A program made the translations under genes and the position numbers. Below, in pieces: positions 14,101 through 24,300 of a stretch of DNA of 64,000 nt; within the stretch, counting starts at the first letter, position 1; every line of letters starts with the position of its first letter. The notes beneath the pieces are model-generated. The model made no database searches and was not told the origin of the DNA. It saw only the letters and a list, made by a program, of their open reading frames with translations. The stretch spans positions 5,492,734 through 5,556,733 of the forward strand of contig CAJINV010000004.1 in assembly GCA_905178155.1 (NCBI GenBank). The letters run 5' to 3'. The DNA comes from Amoebophrya sp. A120. Taxonomy: Eukaryota; Protista; Dinoflagellata.

Positions 14101-14118
14101 GTTGTTTTGTGGCAATGA
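2164..14118 (+). CDS. Cytosolic carboxypeptidase (M14D, CCP/AGBL/Nna1 family tubulin deglutamylase) with very long low-complexity insertions and C-terminal extension; ~10 exons
   Basis: Family motifs FESGNL, YTQWFYF, FAFHYPYTY, ARCHPGETNSSF (Zn ligands H..E), PMLNPDGVVAGNTRC, DLNR, DFHGH and SYTVEAS. Frame is continuous after removing 8 introners and one probable GT-AG intron (10235-10392). That intron and the start codon are less certain. Confidence 0.85.
2778..3038. mobile_element. Introner family A
   Basis: TIR TATCAAATGCAAATATGTCTGGGTCTGGAA...TTCCAGACCCAAACAAATTTTTGCATTTGACA; TSD GGGAG; opposite orientation to its relative at 8886-9129. Confidence 0.92.
6472..6621. mobile_element. Introner family F
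   Basis: TIR TATGCATTGCAAAAG...CTTTTGCAATGCATA; TSD AGACC/AGGCC; frame restored. Confidence 0.85.
6739..6917. mobile_element. Introner family F (degenerate)
   Basis: TATGCAATTACAAAAGTA...TACTTTTGCAAACCATT; TSD CGCAT/CGCCT; frame restored (ENIR|LVLRQ). Confidence 0.7.
7235..7385. mobile_element. Introner (F-like)
   Basis: Imperfect TIR TATGCAATACAAATTTCCCGTACATGTACAA...TTGTACGTGTACAGGAAATTTACTGTGGATA; TSD ACCTC. Confidence 0.85.
8582..8843. mobile_element. Introner family A
   Basis: Family A TIR; TSD GCGTT; internal sequence is the reverse complement of 22621-22881 and 62369-62629. Confidence 0.92.
8886..9129. mobile_element. Introner family A
   Basis: Family A TIR; TSD GCGGT/GTGGT; very similar to 25232-25490 and 52406-52657. 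Confidence 0.92.
11288..11497. mobile_element. Introner family B
   Basis: TATGAAAGTGCACAACTCCCC...GGGGAGTTGTGCAGTTTTATA; TSD CGGAA. Confidence 0.9.
11938..12241. mobile_element. Introner family C
   Basis: Perfect TIR TATTACAATGAAAAATGCCCC; TSD TCGAC; related to 27777-28079. Confidence 0.92.
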
Positions 14119-14984
14119 AGGGGTGACGTGATCAAGAAAGGAGACAGCACGAGGGGCGTGCGATACTAGTTTTACTTTATCTTGTAGTGGGCAAACAAAG
14201 TGAAATTGTACGATGTGATGTAAAGAGTATGTCCTGTACGAAGAAGTTTGTACATACAGCCGCATTCTTGATCATGAAGCACGGGCTAAAAGTACGAGAA
14301 TACTCAAGTAAAAGTAACATTTACCATGCGTTGTAAGATGAATTTAAGTGATGCAATCAGAATCAGTGCAATGCGTCGTTCAAGTCCCGAAGAAAGTACG
14401 AATTACCTGCCTCAAGTGAGTGCAAGCATGCAAGTGATATAACCGAGCAAAATAGAGTGTAGAATAGGCACCCACATCGCAGACTGTGTGTCGGAAAAAT
14501 GCAAATCTCGACAGAATTTCAAAAGCACGACGATGGGCTGAAAAATTGTTTTTACTTTTGTTTCGTTTCGGCACCAGATGCGCGGCTGCGGCTGCTCCGC
14601 GCAATATTATCGTATCGCACAACATGCATGCAATTATATCACAGAGGATGAAGATCTTTCGCTGTTACAGACTCCTGTCCGTCGCCAGACTTCGTTCGTA
14701 CGTACACAGGGGAGCGATAATGATAAAAACGGCTGCATGGAAATGATTCAATCGATCCGCGGCACTAAAAAGCGTGAAGAAAATGCTGAGAGAGGAGCTT
14801 GAGGAAGACGCTGCGAGCGTGCATAGATGTTCTTTCCTCCTGGGAAGAGGTAAGCGACCCTCACGATCAGGATCGATCTCGAGAAGGATCTTCTTCTAGT
14901 TTGTGCCAAAGCCCGCGCTCTTACTTACGCTAACCATATTAACCAAAAGTAGACAACGTTTTCGGATAGCGCTCGTTGCTCCTC

Positions 14985-15602
14985 ATGCAAGCGCGACGAT
15001 TTATTTGCACTGCCACTACTGTAGATTTTGCAATTATTTGTGTATTCCTAGAATACCTCCTTCATCTTTTCGTTGCGACAACTACACAAGAAGAACCCAT
15101 GCCAGTTTTTGAGTTGTTTACTGCCTTCTTGGACCAGACGGGGTCCTTCCTACTGGGAGCGCACCACCAGCACGAGGATGCAGCACAGCTGGGAACAACA
15201 ACAAGTGAACATGGGACCACGACGACGCGGGGTCATCTTCTCATGCAGGAGCTGCCATGTGGAGCTGCTGCAGCTCCGGTACAGCATCAGCACTGGCATA
15301 ATTCTTTACCAGCCCCGCCGTTCTCCCACCATATCAGTACTAGGGGTGGAGCCACGTCGTTGGCGATGCGTACAAGCTTTCTCGACCCGAAAAATGGAAG
15401 TTGCAAAGCATACGCGGAGGAAGGGGATATTCACACTTGCTACGTGAATAAAATACCGGCGGATTTTTGGGAAAAGTCGGGCCAGGGTGCGAATACGGTG
15501 GATATCGACAAGCCCGGCTGCCGGTGCCCAGATCGAGTAAAGATGTACAACGAGAATTCCGATGCGAAGGACAAACCTCTAAAATGTGTAGAGGGGAAAT
15601 AG
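14985..15602 (+). CDS. Hypothetical protein, possibly secreted or membrane-anchored, with a Cys-containing C-terminal region
   Basis: Intronless ~205-aa ORF with an N-terminal hydrophobic stretch and five Cys in the last ~70 aa; no recognised family. Confidence 0.45.
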   Translation: MQARRFICTATTVDFAIICVFLEYLLHLFVATTTQEEPMPVFELFTAFLDQTGSFLLGAHHQHEDAAQLGTTTSEHGTTTTRGHLLMQELPCGAAAAPVQHQHWHNSLPAPPFSHHISTRGGATSLAMRTSFLDPKNGSCKAYAEEGDIHTCYVNKIPADFWEKSGQGANTVDIDKPGCRCPDRVKMYNENSDAKDKPLKCVEGK

Positions 15603-16442
15603 GAGCAGGGGATAATCGATGAAATCGTGAGTAAGTCCTTCCTATCGTCCTCGAGAAGCCAATTCGAACCACCAACATTGACGAAGCAAGAACTTACGTG
15701 CAAAAATTTCGTGAAGATCAGCAACGCTTGGACAGCAACGTGAAAAACAGGTGGGGACTTCCAGACCACGCAAGAAGTGATGATGGATTAGGCAGTAGGA
15801 CCGCAGTACACGAGTAGTAAATGAGAACATGTTCCACCTCTTATCGTAAATGAGTAAATTCCAGTACTTACGATCATGTGGTCATTTGTGTCGATCAAAC
15901 CTTGGTGTGATCAGTACCAAAGTGATGAAGCTGTGGCACGGAGGAACGCTCAGATCAAGATCCCAGTTCTCGTGATGGAAGGTGTGACTGTCTAGAATTC
16001 CGAAATCCAGCACGATCGTCTCTTTGGATCTGCCGAAGAACATGATGCAACGAACGGGCGTAGCGGTGGGCATGTAAATGCGTGACCCTGCTGGACGGTT
16101 CTATTCTTCTTAGCCGTAGAGCGATTGCGTCAGAGGACTGGGCTGGCACAATTCGCAACGAGTTGCTGTATCAAAGTTTTCTCACCACTGATGCAGGCTA
16201 TCATATATTCTTATTAGTAGTAAGTGTCTCGGCTTGCGAGATAATTGACAATTTCTTCAGTACCGTATAGCTCGTCGAGCAGTTCTTTTCATTACGCTTT
16301 TATCGCGCTTTTATTGTATTTGTAGCAAGCATAAGAAGCCCCAATAGTTTTACACCCACCTTCCTCCCACTACTTTCTGCCATCCTTAGTACACCTTACT
16401 TTATCGCATCGGCGTCACCAACACAGTCACAATTACCTCACA

Positions 16443-17057
16443 ATGCCCGTCGTGAAGCAGGCGCACCCCTTGCACCTGCGCGGCCTGCAGTGCCGCACCC
16501 GCAACGCTGATGAGCTCGCGGGGAAAGGGCAGATTGGCGCCTTGGTCGGCAAGTTTTACACCGAGGACATCGCGAACGAGAAAACTACAAGCCGTGTGAA
16601 TCCCGGTGTTGTGTACTGCGTGTACACAGACTACGCGTCGGACGAAACGGGGGACTACACGTTCTTTATCGGCGAGGAAATTGCGGCGGCCAGTGTCCCC
16701 ACCAACTTTATTGCAGCCGATTCCGTGGGGGAGCACCAGGGGAAGGGGGAAGTGGAGAAAAAAGATGTTGGTCGTCGCGTGAACACCGTGCAAGAGGAAA
16801 TGAATAAAGATGGAACTACGAGTGCTGGTAAAAAGAACGTGATTGCCTACGTCACCGTGGAAGCTGGTTTGTACGAGAAGCGCGTCTCCGAAAAGGGAAA
16901 ACTGCCGGACTGCGAAGTTGCCTTGTGGAAGCAGATTTGGGGCGATGCGGAGTTGAAGGCGCGGCGCGCGTTTGGGACAGATTTCGTGGTCTACGACAAA
17001 TTGAATCCGGCGGAAGACACGGAAATTCCCATTTTCCTGCAACTGGCAGCTGAGTAA
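16443..17057 (+). CDS. GyrI-like small-molecule-binding (AraC effector-binding/Cass2-like) domain protein
   Basis: Motifs GLQCRTRNADE, IGAL..KF, YCVYTDYASDETGDYTFFIG, AGLY, LWKQIW and RAFGTDFVVYD match the bacterial stand-alone GyrI-like family. Intronless, with a ~40-aa insertion. Confidence 0.85.
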   Translation: MPVVKQAHPLHLRGLQCRTRNADELAGKGQIGALVGKFYTEDIANEKTTSRVNPGVVYCVYTDYASDETGDYTFFIGEEIAAASVPTNFIAADSVGEHQGKGEVEKKDVGRRVNTVQEEMNKDGTTSAGKKNVIAYVTVEAGLYEKRVSEKGKLPDCEVALWKQIWGDAELKARRAFGTDFVVYDKLNPAEDTEIPIFLQLAAE

Positions 17058-18218
17058 TTATCTGGGGCGTCAGTGTGAGGAGGAGAGCAGGGGTGTTGCT
17101 AGGAGTGAGGGGAAAGGAGGTGGCTGTTGGTGTTGACCACGAACTCGAGGGAGAAAATAATGTACGCAAAGAAGTACTAGTACTAACTTGAGGACACCGC
17201 GCGGCAGCACATTGCTGGAGATATTTCGGCACAGATTTCGGAGTTGGAAATGCAGAAGAATGGAAAAAGTGAACCGCTGCTGCAAAAAGATGAAATTGGA
17301 TAGTTCCAGAACCTAGGAACCTTATCTTGGCATTCGATAGAAGACCTACTTACTACGCTTGGAAACAACTGACCTCTGGAATATTATAGAAAATTACTTT
17401 ATCGGCAAGCATTGGTATCACCTGCAAAAATCCACGATGAGTGCAGTGGATTCGCAGGGTAGACCGTCACACTGTAGTTCAATATGAGTTGTAACATACA
17501 GCTTTTTTTCTTCTTGTTTTTAACATTTACTACGAGAACTGCCAGGGCACTTTGTTTCACTACACCGTTGCAAGGGCAAGCAGCGAGGGGGATAACCAAT
17601 GCGCCGCATTAGAAGCTGCTGCAAAGCCAACGCCACACGGGGTCTCACGAAGGCTTGGTGGAAGAAGGTGATCGGCTTTTCGTTTTCTATGTTTTTCTTT
17701 TGACGTTTTGACGCGACATTAACACGGCAAAGAGGCCAATATACTTGATCTGGAGGACGAGATGGAGCTGCGCGCGCTTGGGAACGAAACTGCGTTATTG
17801 AAAAACCATCAAGGCAAAAATAAAGATTCCCGTCTTCTAGACGTTCGGAATTGCATAGATTTTCTAAAGTAGCTATGGTGTTCGTCTATCTGGTCTAGAA
17901 AAGTGCACCACGGCCACGATCTTTGCTCGTCGGAGATTAAAAAAACAGGTCAGATACTTTGAAGTAGGAGCTGCGATCATCAAAAATTCCAACCACTACA
18001 TAAACGAAGATCCATCCGTTTCATTGCTAATATCGTTTAATTTTTGGTACAGCGATCGATTCACGGTAGAGATTTTATACATCGACTAAGCAAGGAGAAA
18101 CTCCGGACAGTTTTTTACTTGTACCTCTACAAAGGTGCTGAAAGCTTAGAATAAAAGGCTTTTTTTCTTTAAATTCTTGTTCCGTATAATTTACAGAAAA
18201 AGAAACAGCCGAGCGAAA

Positions 18219-18512
18219 ATGTCGCGCTTTTCATCCCTCCTGCTTTTTTCTCTGCTGCAGCTTTTCGCGCACTACAGCTTCACCGTAGCGGAGGCCGGGC
18301 CTGCAGCGGCGGTGGTGACTTATGGTGTCTGTCAGACAGGCTGCAACACGGCCTACGTGGCTTGTTGCGCAAGTGCAGGAACGGTTGCGGGCACGTTCAC
18401 CTTGGGCCTCGGCATCCCCGCGGCGATCGCTGCCTGCAGTGCGGCGCAAGGGGTGTGCATGGCGGGGTGTGCCGGAATGACGGTGGCAGCGACCGGAGCG
18501 CCGACGCCGTAG
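18219..18512 (+). CDS. Small secreted Cys/Ala-rich protein (resembles the 'zygote-specific class V'-like family of fungi, algae and oomycetes)
   Basis: Signal peptide followed by GP..YGVCQTGCN...VACCASAG...GT.T.G.GIPAAIAAC.AAQG.CMA.C...APTP, the family pattern as I recall it. Confidence 0.75.
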   Translation: MSRFSSLLLFSLLQLFAHYSFTVAEAGPAAAVVTYGVCQTGCNTAYVACCASAGTVAGTFTLGLGIPAAIAACSAAQGVCMAGCAGMTVAATGAPTP

Positions 18513-19893
18513 AGAAGAGACCCGCAGCCAAAGCTGGGACACCAGGGAGGGCTTGCGCACACAAAGAGACCCGAGATGGTCGGGGCTACATGTATTGATC
18601 AATGCTGAAGTTCTGAGTTTTTGCAAAGGCATATAAAAAGTTGGTAGTTTCAGCAGGAGTGATGTCAACATACAAGAAGGAGGAAAAGCTGTTAGCTGTA
18701 AATAGCACAAAACGCCAATCGAAACTTGACGCGTCATCCGCTTCCAGGGCGGACTCATTCTAACTTCACAACTGGCGCAGTCGCATTCTCATTCCAAATG
18801 TCAGAATTGATAGAAGATTTTCACCTATGCATCATTCGAAGTACGGAAAGACAATAGACTTTGACCGCACAGAAAGTTACAAGCGAGAACTCTATTGTGC
18901 CGCGACAGTGAGCAAACCTTCGTGCAGGTACTGTCTGTGTCTGTTCAGCCGTTCGCCACTGTCGGGGACAGCGCGAAAAAGAAACACCTCCACGTCGGTA
19001 GGCCTGAACGTGTTGATGCCCGACCTTATTTCGAATTCGACAAGGATCTCTCTTTGACATTGACTTTATAAAGGTTTGCTGTGCGAGCGCCTGTGCGGAT
19101 CTAGCTTTTAACGCCGTCAGAATTTTTTTTCTCTGATCAAAATCTTTGTACTCCTACTTGTCTAAACTATAAAACGCGCTGCGCCAAGCGTGGTTCGTCG
19201 TCGTGCATACAAGTAGATCTAGAGATTGTTTAGTGGGGGCTCACAAGTGGCTCGAGATCTCGCTTATCGCATCGAATTAGCACATTATTATAGAATTTTT
19301 TGCCTAATTTTCACTTGTTTTTGCCTTGCGTGCACGCCAATTGATTTTGCGTTTTTTCCCAATCAAATCAAAACACCCCAGTCAGAGCGAGGAATATATA
19401 TGGGCCTAAATTGGTTCTTCCCCAACTCTTGATTCTGCTTTTTCAATTATTGTCCGCAAAATCGAATTCTCGGCAACGTATGTAAAGTGCATTGTCCAGT
19501 CTGCGTTTGTTTTTTCGAACAAGTAGAACTTCAACTGAAAATAGACCTTTATTCTTTTCATTCACGACTACCGATAAAACACGAACTGCAACAGGTGCTA
19601 CAGCAAGAGTCTAGTACTCAAGCTCAACACAACGCTTGCGGTGTTTGTTATAAATTATACTAACGTGTACTATTAAAGACCTGACCAAAGTAGAAGCTTC
19701 TTCTACCTGTACCTCCTGTTTCCGTGCAATAAAAATCACACCATGACTCGCAACCCTCTAATAGAATTGATAGCCGGAAAATTTCCCCGGAGACCTTCGA
19801 GGGACCGATGCGCGATAATTTGGCAAACGAAGAGCCTCTGAAAAGTAGCTTCCGAAAAGTGCATCTGAGGTGCATCTGAGATGAAATAGTGTT

Positions 19894-20760
19894 TGAAAAG
19901 CGGAAAGTCGCTAGCGAGAAAAAATTGAAATTCTCGAAAAGTGAAAAATCAGTGATTTTTCACTCTCTGAAAATTTTCTGAAGTCGATGGAGCGTGCACT
20001 CTTTTCAGGTTGACAATTTTCGAAAAGTGGAAATCATTTAGGAGTGAAAAAGCACTGACTTTCTACTTCTCAATGATTTCCATTCTGGAAGAGTGAACAC
20101 GGCCTCGACTCCCGAAAATTTCAAAAAGTGAAAAATCACTGACTTTTCACTTTTTGAAAATTTTCACACACTCTGAGAAACGCGGCTTTGACTCCAAAGT
20201 GAAAATGTTGCAAAAGTGAAAAATCTTGCGAATTTTCTGGAGTCGAGGCTCCACAGTGAAATTGTTTCAAAAGTGAAAAATCAGTGATTTTTCACTTTTT
20301 CGCGTTCAGTCTTCTCAGAGTGAAAATTTTCAAAAAGTGAAAAATCACTGATTTTTCACTACTTTTCTCGAAGGTACCCGTGGCCACGAAGGCCTTCGTG
20401 ACAACGGGTACCTTCGAGAAAAGTAGTGAAAAATCAGTGATTTTTCACTTTTGAAAAATTTTCACTTTTGAGGCGAAGCCGCGTTTCTCAATTTTTTTCA
20501 AAAGTGAAAAGTCAATTATTTATATTTTTCACTTTTGAAAAAAATTGAAACTCACTGTGGGGCCTCGGCTCCAGAAAATTTCCAAAAAGCGAAAAGTCAC
20601 AACTGATTTTTCACTTTTTCAAATTTCTCACTCTGGAGCCGAAGCCGCGTTCACTCTTCCCAGAGCGAAAATTTTCACAAAGTAAGAAGTTAATGACTTT
20701 GCACTTTTGAAAAATTCCCACTCTGGAGCCGAAGTTGCGTTCACTCTTCCCAGAGTGAAG
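19894..20760. repeat. Large imperfect palindrome (foldback) built from self-complementary AAAAGTGAAAAATCASTGATTTTTCACTTTT units
   Basis: Centre GAAGG|CCTTC at 20392/20393; ~70-bp near-perfect inner arms; matching blocks continue ~300-400 bp outward (e.g. 20231-20280 vs 20525-20580; 20088-20112 vs 20635-20660). Confidence 0.9.
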
Positions 20761-21333
20761 CAAGGCCGTTTGGCAGGTCGGCAAGTTTGTGAAAGCGCCT
20801 CAAGCTGCTCTTCCGCGATTTCTTAATTATGATCGAGCTGTAGGACGAGGCTTTGAGTTAATTTGAGCAGCGGCTCCTGTTCATGCGATGAAGCTTCAGA
20901 TTTGCAGTGTCCCTCCGATCCTCGCATTGTTGGAAAGGCTTTCTGAGTCTCAGACGAACGAAAAAGCGCGTACAAACTATCGAACTTGCGCGATTTTTGT
21001 CCCTCGAAGTCGTTCGGAGAAGTTTTCCGGCGAAGAGGGGGGGGCTTTTGCGAGTCATGAATCACACCTTATGTCGTTTGATAACTTTATGGCCCCACTG
21101 CATCCTGCAAACGACCTGTGCTGACTTCATCCCTCCGGGCCTGTGTCGACCGATCGGAAAGAGCAGCAGAAGCAGTGTTTATTGCACTTACCTCACATAA
21201 TCTTATTTCCTTCACTTCACCTTTACGCGGACTAACACCTTCGCTACTTGCATACTGCAATTATTGCATCACCACCTTTTTGAAGCGGCAGCATCTATCT
21301 GTTCCAGGCGATCTATCTGAATATAGAAAAAGA

Positions 21334-24300
21334 ATGTCCGCCCCAGTTCCACAAAGAAACGCGGCTTTTGCCTTCACAGCCGCGTGCTGTTTTCTCAGCA
21401 GCACCGCGGTCGTCCTTGGCGGCAAAGTTGGCAGGACAGCAAGCGGGCCGACACCGCGCACGATCCGAAACCCGCGCTTGACGAAGGATGTTGCAACTAC
21501 ATCGCGGAGCACAGGAGGAGCGGCCTCTTCAGGCTCTACTGCAGTAGATCACGAGCAAGAACACCCTCTTCAGAGCAATGTCGCACCCGCCGGGCGTCGT
21601 CGCACGCAGCCCCACCAGCAGCACAAGCCGAAAAGTGCAGCAGTCTATGCGAGTTCCACCGCTGCGTCGGCGATGGCCGCAGCGGTAGAGGAGGAGAACC
21701 TTGCAGTTGGCAATTACAGCCTTAACATTATCCCTGCTTCCGCCAATTATGCTGCCACGAACGACGTCGGCGCTCCCTCGTCGGACAGCAGCGCCGCCGC
21801 AGTTCAGACGCCGCCCCAAGTAGGAGGACCGCTGCGAGGAGGAGGACGCGCGGCGAGCAACAAATGGCCTGTTGACCTACAACCTTTACCAACTACTGGA
21901 GGACAACCCGAGGACCCCGCAATGCAGATTCCGCTACAGGCACACCAACTGCCACAGCTCCTCGTCGCGCAAGATACTTCTAAACCGACGTCGGTGCACC
22001 AGCTGGACCCTCACCGGGTCGCGGCTGGACACCAAGAACACTCCTCGCCGCAGCAACACGCCTCCGCGCTGCCGGTTGTTACGAACGACCTGCGAAACAT
22101 GCGCCGGTTTTTACCAGCGCATGCGCAAACGAAACAGCAGGAGGAGCGCAAGGACCTCTCTGGCATGATGCAAGAGCTGGCGGAGCGGAGCCAGGCTTGG
22201 CTGAAGAACCCTGAAGCAAACAACTACTTCGATTATGTGCCGGTGGACGAGAGTCAACATGATGCAAAAAAATGGTACCATGAGATGACTCTGGAGTATG
22301 AGCTGTCTGAGCCCACATCTTATGGATTGTAAAAGTGTCTGGGTCTGAGAGGTTGGAACTTGTAATGCTAGCTTTCCATACCTAGAAAATCTGTATTGCA
22401 TAACCAACAAAAGTCGCAGACCCTTTTGTACATGCAAAGACGCAGCTTCTCATGCGGATTTCCTATGAGAAAGCGTTCTGGAAAGTTGTCATGCTGGGTT
22501 GCATTCGGAACTGTTTCCATCATCCACCTTTTAGCATCACAAGTTTCCAGACCCAGACATTTTTGCAATGCATACATCTTCCTTGCCAGACGAGGCTTTG
22601 GAACTGCCCCCGGCCGCCGATATCAAATGCAAAAATGTCTGGGTCTGGAAAAGTGTAGGCTTGTCATGCAGATTTTCCACTACCCTTGAGGTCTGGAATG
22701 CGGGACTTGGCATGACAGACTCTGCGAGGTCTCTGCCATGCCTATCCTGCATGAGAAACTCCCTTTCAACTTGGTCAAAAGTGTACAGCTTTTGGCACTC
22801 ATGCAACACAGATTTTTGCATGATTCAGATTTACCATGACAAGTTGCAATCTTCCAGACCCAGACATTTTTGCATTTCATAGCCGAAACCCCACTACAAC
22901 AGCAGCAGAAAAATCAAAACCAGAAGTCGCCCTCGTTTATGCCCTCGGATATGCGGTTTGACGAGCGTGGCCTCGAACCGCAGCTGGTGAACGCCCTGAG
23001 CCAGGCTTTGTCGCCGCAACACACGCCGTATCACTGTGCACAACTTCCCCTCTTCCTCATTTGTCATGCAAAAGCCCAAATCCAAATGCTTCCCTGCGGC
23101 ACTGTGTGCATGACAGATTTTTCCGGAAGCCCAAACAGTACTACACTAGGCGCATAAACTTGTCATGCACAGGCTCCACGTGTGCTGGTGTGTGTATTGC
23201 TGTTCATGCAATACAAATGAGGGGGAGGGGGGGTTGTGCACTCTCATACGCCGATGAGTCTTGGCGGGATCAGCAGGACCAGTCCGGCGGCCTCCAAATA
23301 TGCGAGTCCGGCGCAGGGACCAGTGATGTTCTGGCCCGGCGCGGGTGGTGGATTTCAGATTTCCTCGAAACATTCCAGTCCGGCGCAACGGCCAGCCCAC
23401 CTGAATACTCCGCCGCCGCCGGGGCTGCCGCCTCCGTCGCTCCGGAGTCGATTCCCCTTGTCAACGGGGTCGCCGCAATCGACAAACGCGTCACCGGCAC
23501 AAGAGTTGGCTTTTGGGGGTGGATTGGAGGACAAGGAGGAGCTCGAGTTGCTGCAGGCTTTCTCGCTGGGGGGCGCGTTTTCTCGGGCCACCAGTCAAGA
23601 GGCAGACGAAAGTGCGGAACAACCAGAACGCCAAGTCGGTGCGTATGCATTGTGAGAGTAGTTGTATATCGAAATGGCATTTTTGCAAGTGCGGTGATGC
23701 TTATGCAGGTTATCATGCCTTAAATTTTGGCAAATAAAAAATGGCGACTTGTAAAGGAAAAATATACAACTTGTTGTCAAGTAGAACGAAGTACCAGTAC
23801 GAGTGCGATTATACAACTTGTTTTGCAATGCATAGTGCAGATGTTGATCAGATGTCAATTGGCGTGCCGTCTAGTATGCAACAACACCCTGCGTGGACGA
23901 CCACGACGGGGCGAGATTTGAAAACTACTTCGGGTTTTAGCAGCTTGTGCCGCGGTGCCTCCGGTAGCTTTGACTCCACCGTCCGCTCGCCTAGTGCCGC
24001 CACGGCCAGCACTCTGACGCCCGTGCCTTCGCTGCCAAAGGTGGCGTCCTGGTGCACCACCACCAGCGACGGAGCAACGGATCAGATGTTTGCAGCATCG
24101 AGCACCAGAACTCCTGTTGGCAAGGGGAATGCCGTGCCGCACAGCCAGCGCTCCTCGCCGAAGCAGAAGCCCGCTGCTTCTAGCGGCAAAACCGCCGGGG
24201 CCTGGGGGGCGGCCTATAGTTCTACTGCTTCGTCGCAGAGTGGTCCCGTCATGACAGGATCTTCCGACACTACAATTACACCGAAGGCGCCTGCTCCGCA

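Noticed and set aside
22321-22881. Regularly recurring ~30-bp repeats suggesting a CRISPR array
   Set aside because: The repeats are inverted pairs bounding 250-bp elements, spacing is irregular, there are no cas genes, and the context is eukaryotic.
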